DNA from: Anolis carolinensis
Taxonomy: Eukaryota
Reading direction: 5' to 3'
DNA length: 64,000 bases
Assembly (NCBI RefSeq): GCF_035594765.1
Contig: NC_085842.1
Location: forward strand, 167,537,036 to 167,601,035
The translations under genes were made by a program, and so were the position numbers. This document shows positions 63,489 through 64,000 of this stretch, piece after piece (positions within the stretch are counted from its first letter, which is position 1; the number at the start of each line of letters is the position of its first letter). The notes under the pieces are model-generated. The model had not been told where the DNA came from and did not search any database. It was given only the letters and a program-made list of their open reading frames with translations.

Positions 63489-63736
63489 TGTGTTGTCGAA
63501 GGCTTTCATGGCTGGGATCACAGGGTTGTTGTATGTCTTTCGGGCTGTGTGGCCATGTTCCAGAAGTATTCTCTCCCGACGTTTCGCCCACATATATGGC
63601 AGGCATCCTCAGAGGTTGTGAGGTATGTGAGGTCCATACCTCACAACCTCTGAGGATGCCTGCCATAGATGTGGGCGAAACGTCAGGAGAGAATACTTCT
63701 GGAACATGGCCACACAGCCCGAAAGACATACAACAA
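63489..63736. mobile_element. Penelope-like element, inverted terminal-repeat pair
   Basis: ~100-bp near-perfect inverted arms around 63628-63634. Confidence 0.85.
63647..63687 (+). ncRNA. Minimal hammerhead ribozyme motif (mirror copy on - strand, 63575-63615)
   Basis: cct CTGAGGA t gcctgc catagat gtgggc GAAA cg TC agg. Confidence 0.7.
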
Positions 63737-64000
63737 ATAAACAAATCTTTGATCATGGCAATAGTGCCATGATTGTAGCTAAGTGGGTATTGTGGATACA
63801 GAGCAGTTATTGATACGTAAGATTAGGCTATGCCTGCGACAGTGAACGCCAGTCCATATTAATCTAGTCATCAGTGTAACTATGGTGGCGGTTGACTTCC
63901 GTTTCAGTGGGACAGTTAATTCACTCAACATTTTAGTCTGAACTTTGGATGGACTGATGAACCTCTTTTGGACATAAGATTCAGCATCCTGGACACATTC

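Noticed and set aside
63442-63772. Near-identical ORFs on both strands
   Set aside because: A consequence of the Penelope inverted repeat.

Overview
Vertebrate (squamate) genomic DNA. The repeat set (Sauria SINE, Anolis-type tRNA SINE, CR1/L2/L1/RTE-BovB/Dong LINEs, Penelope elements, hAT and Tc1/pogo MITEs) points to an anole lizard, most likely Anolis carolinensis. The first 25.4 kb holds the 3' part of GMIP (GEM-interacting protein, a C1 + RhoGAP protein of the ARHGAP29/ARHGAP45 family) on the + strand. Nine coding exons (6961-25417) splice in phase with GT-AG boundaries; the upstream F-BAR exons are not visible. The remainder is repeat-rich non-coding sequence with no second recognisable host gene. 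The top observation is two diverged solo LTRs (684-1629 +, 53753-54620 -), each with its own perfect 5-bp TSD. Both keep an open 84-91 codon frame starting at LTR base 5, with many synonymous differences and a C-terminal RRS(L/A)RIAAR motif resembling nucleosome acidic-patch anchors, so this is a candidate LTR-encoded chromatin-tethering module. Also notable: a 2.2-kb ERV-like LTR with a long, possibly coding U3; an L1 insertion enclosing a 3'-less CR1 segment; a twice-seen L2-fragment+SINE composite; Penelope hammerhead ribozyme motifs, one possibly in the GMIP 3' UTR; and two fold-back inverted duplications. All family assignments are by recognition; no database search was run.
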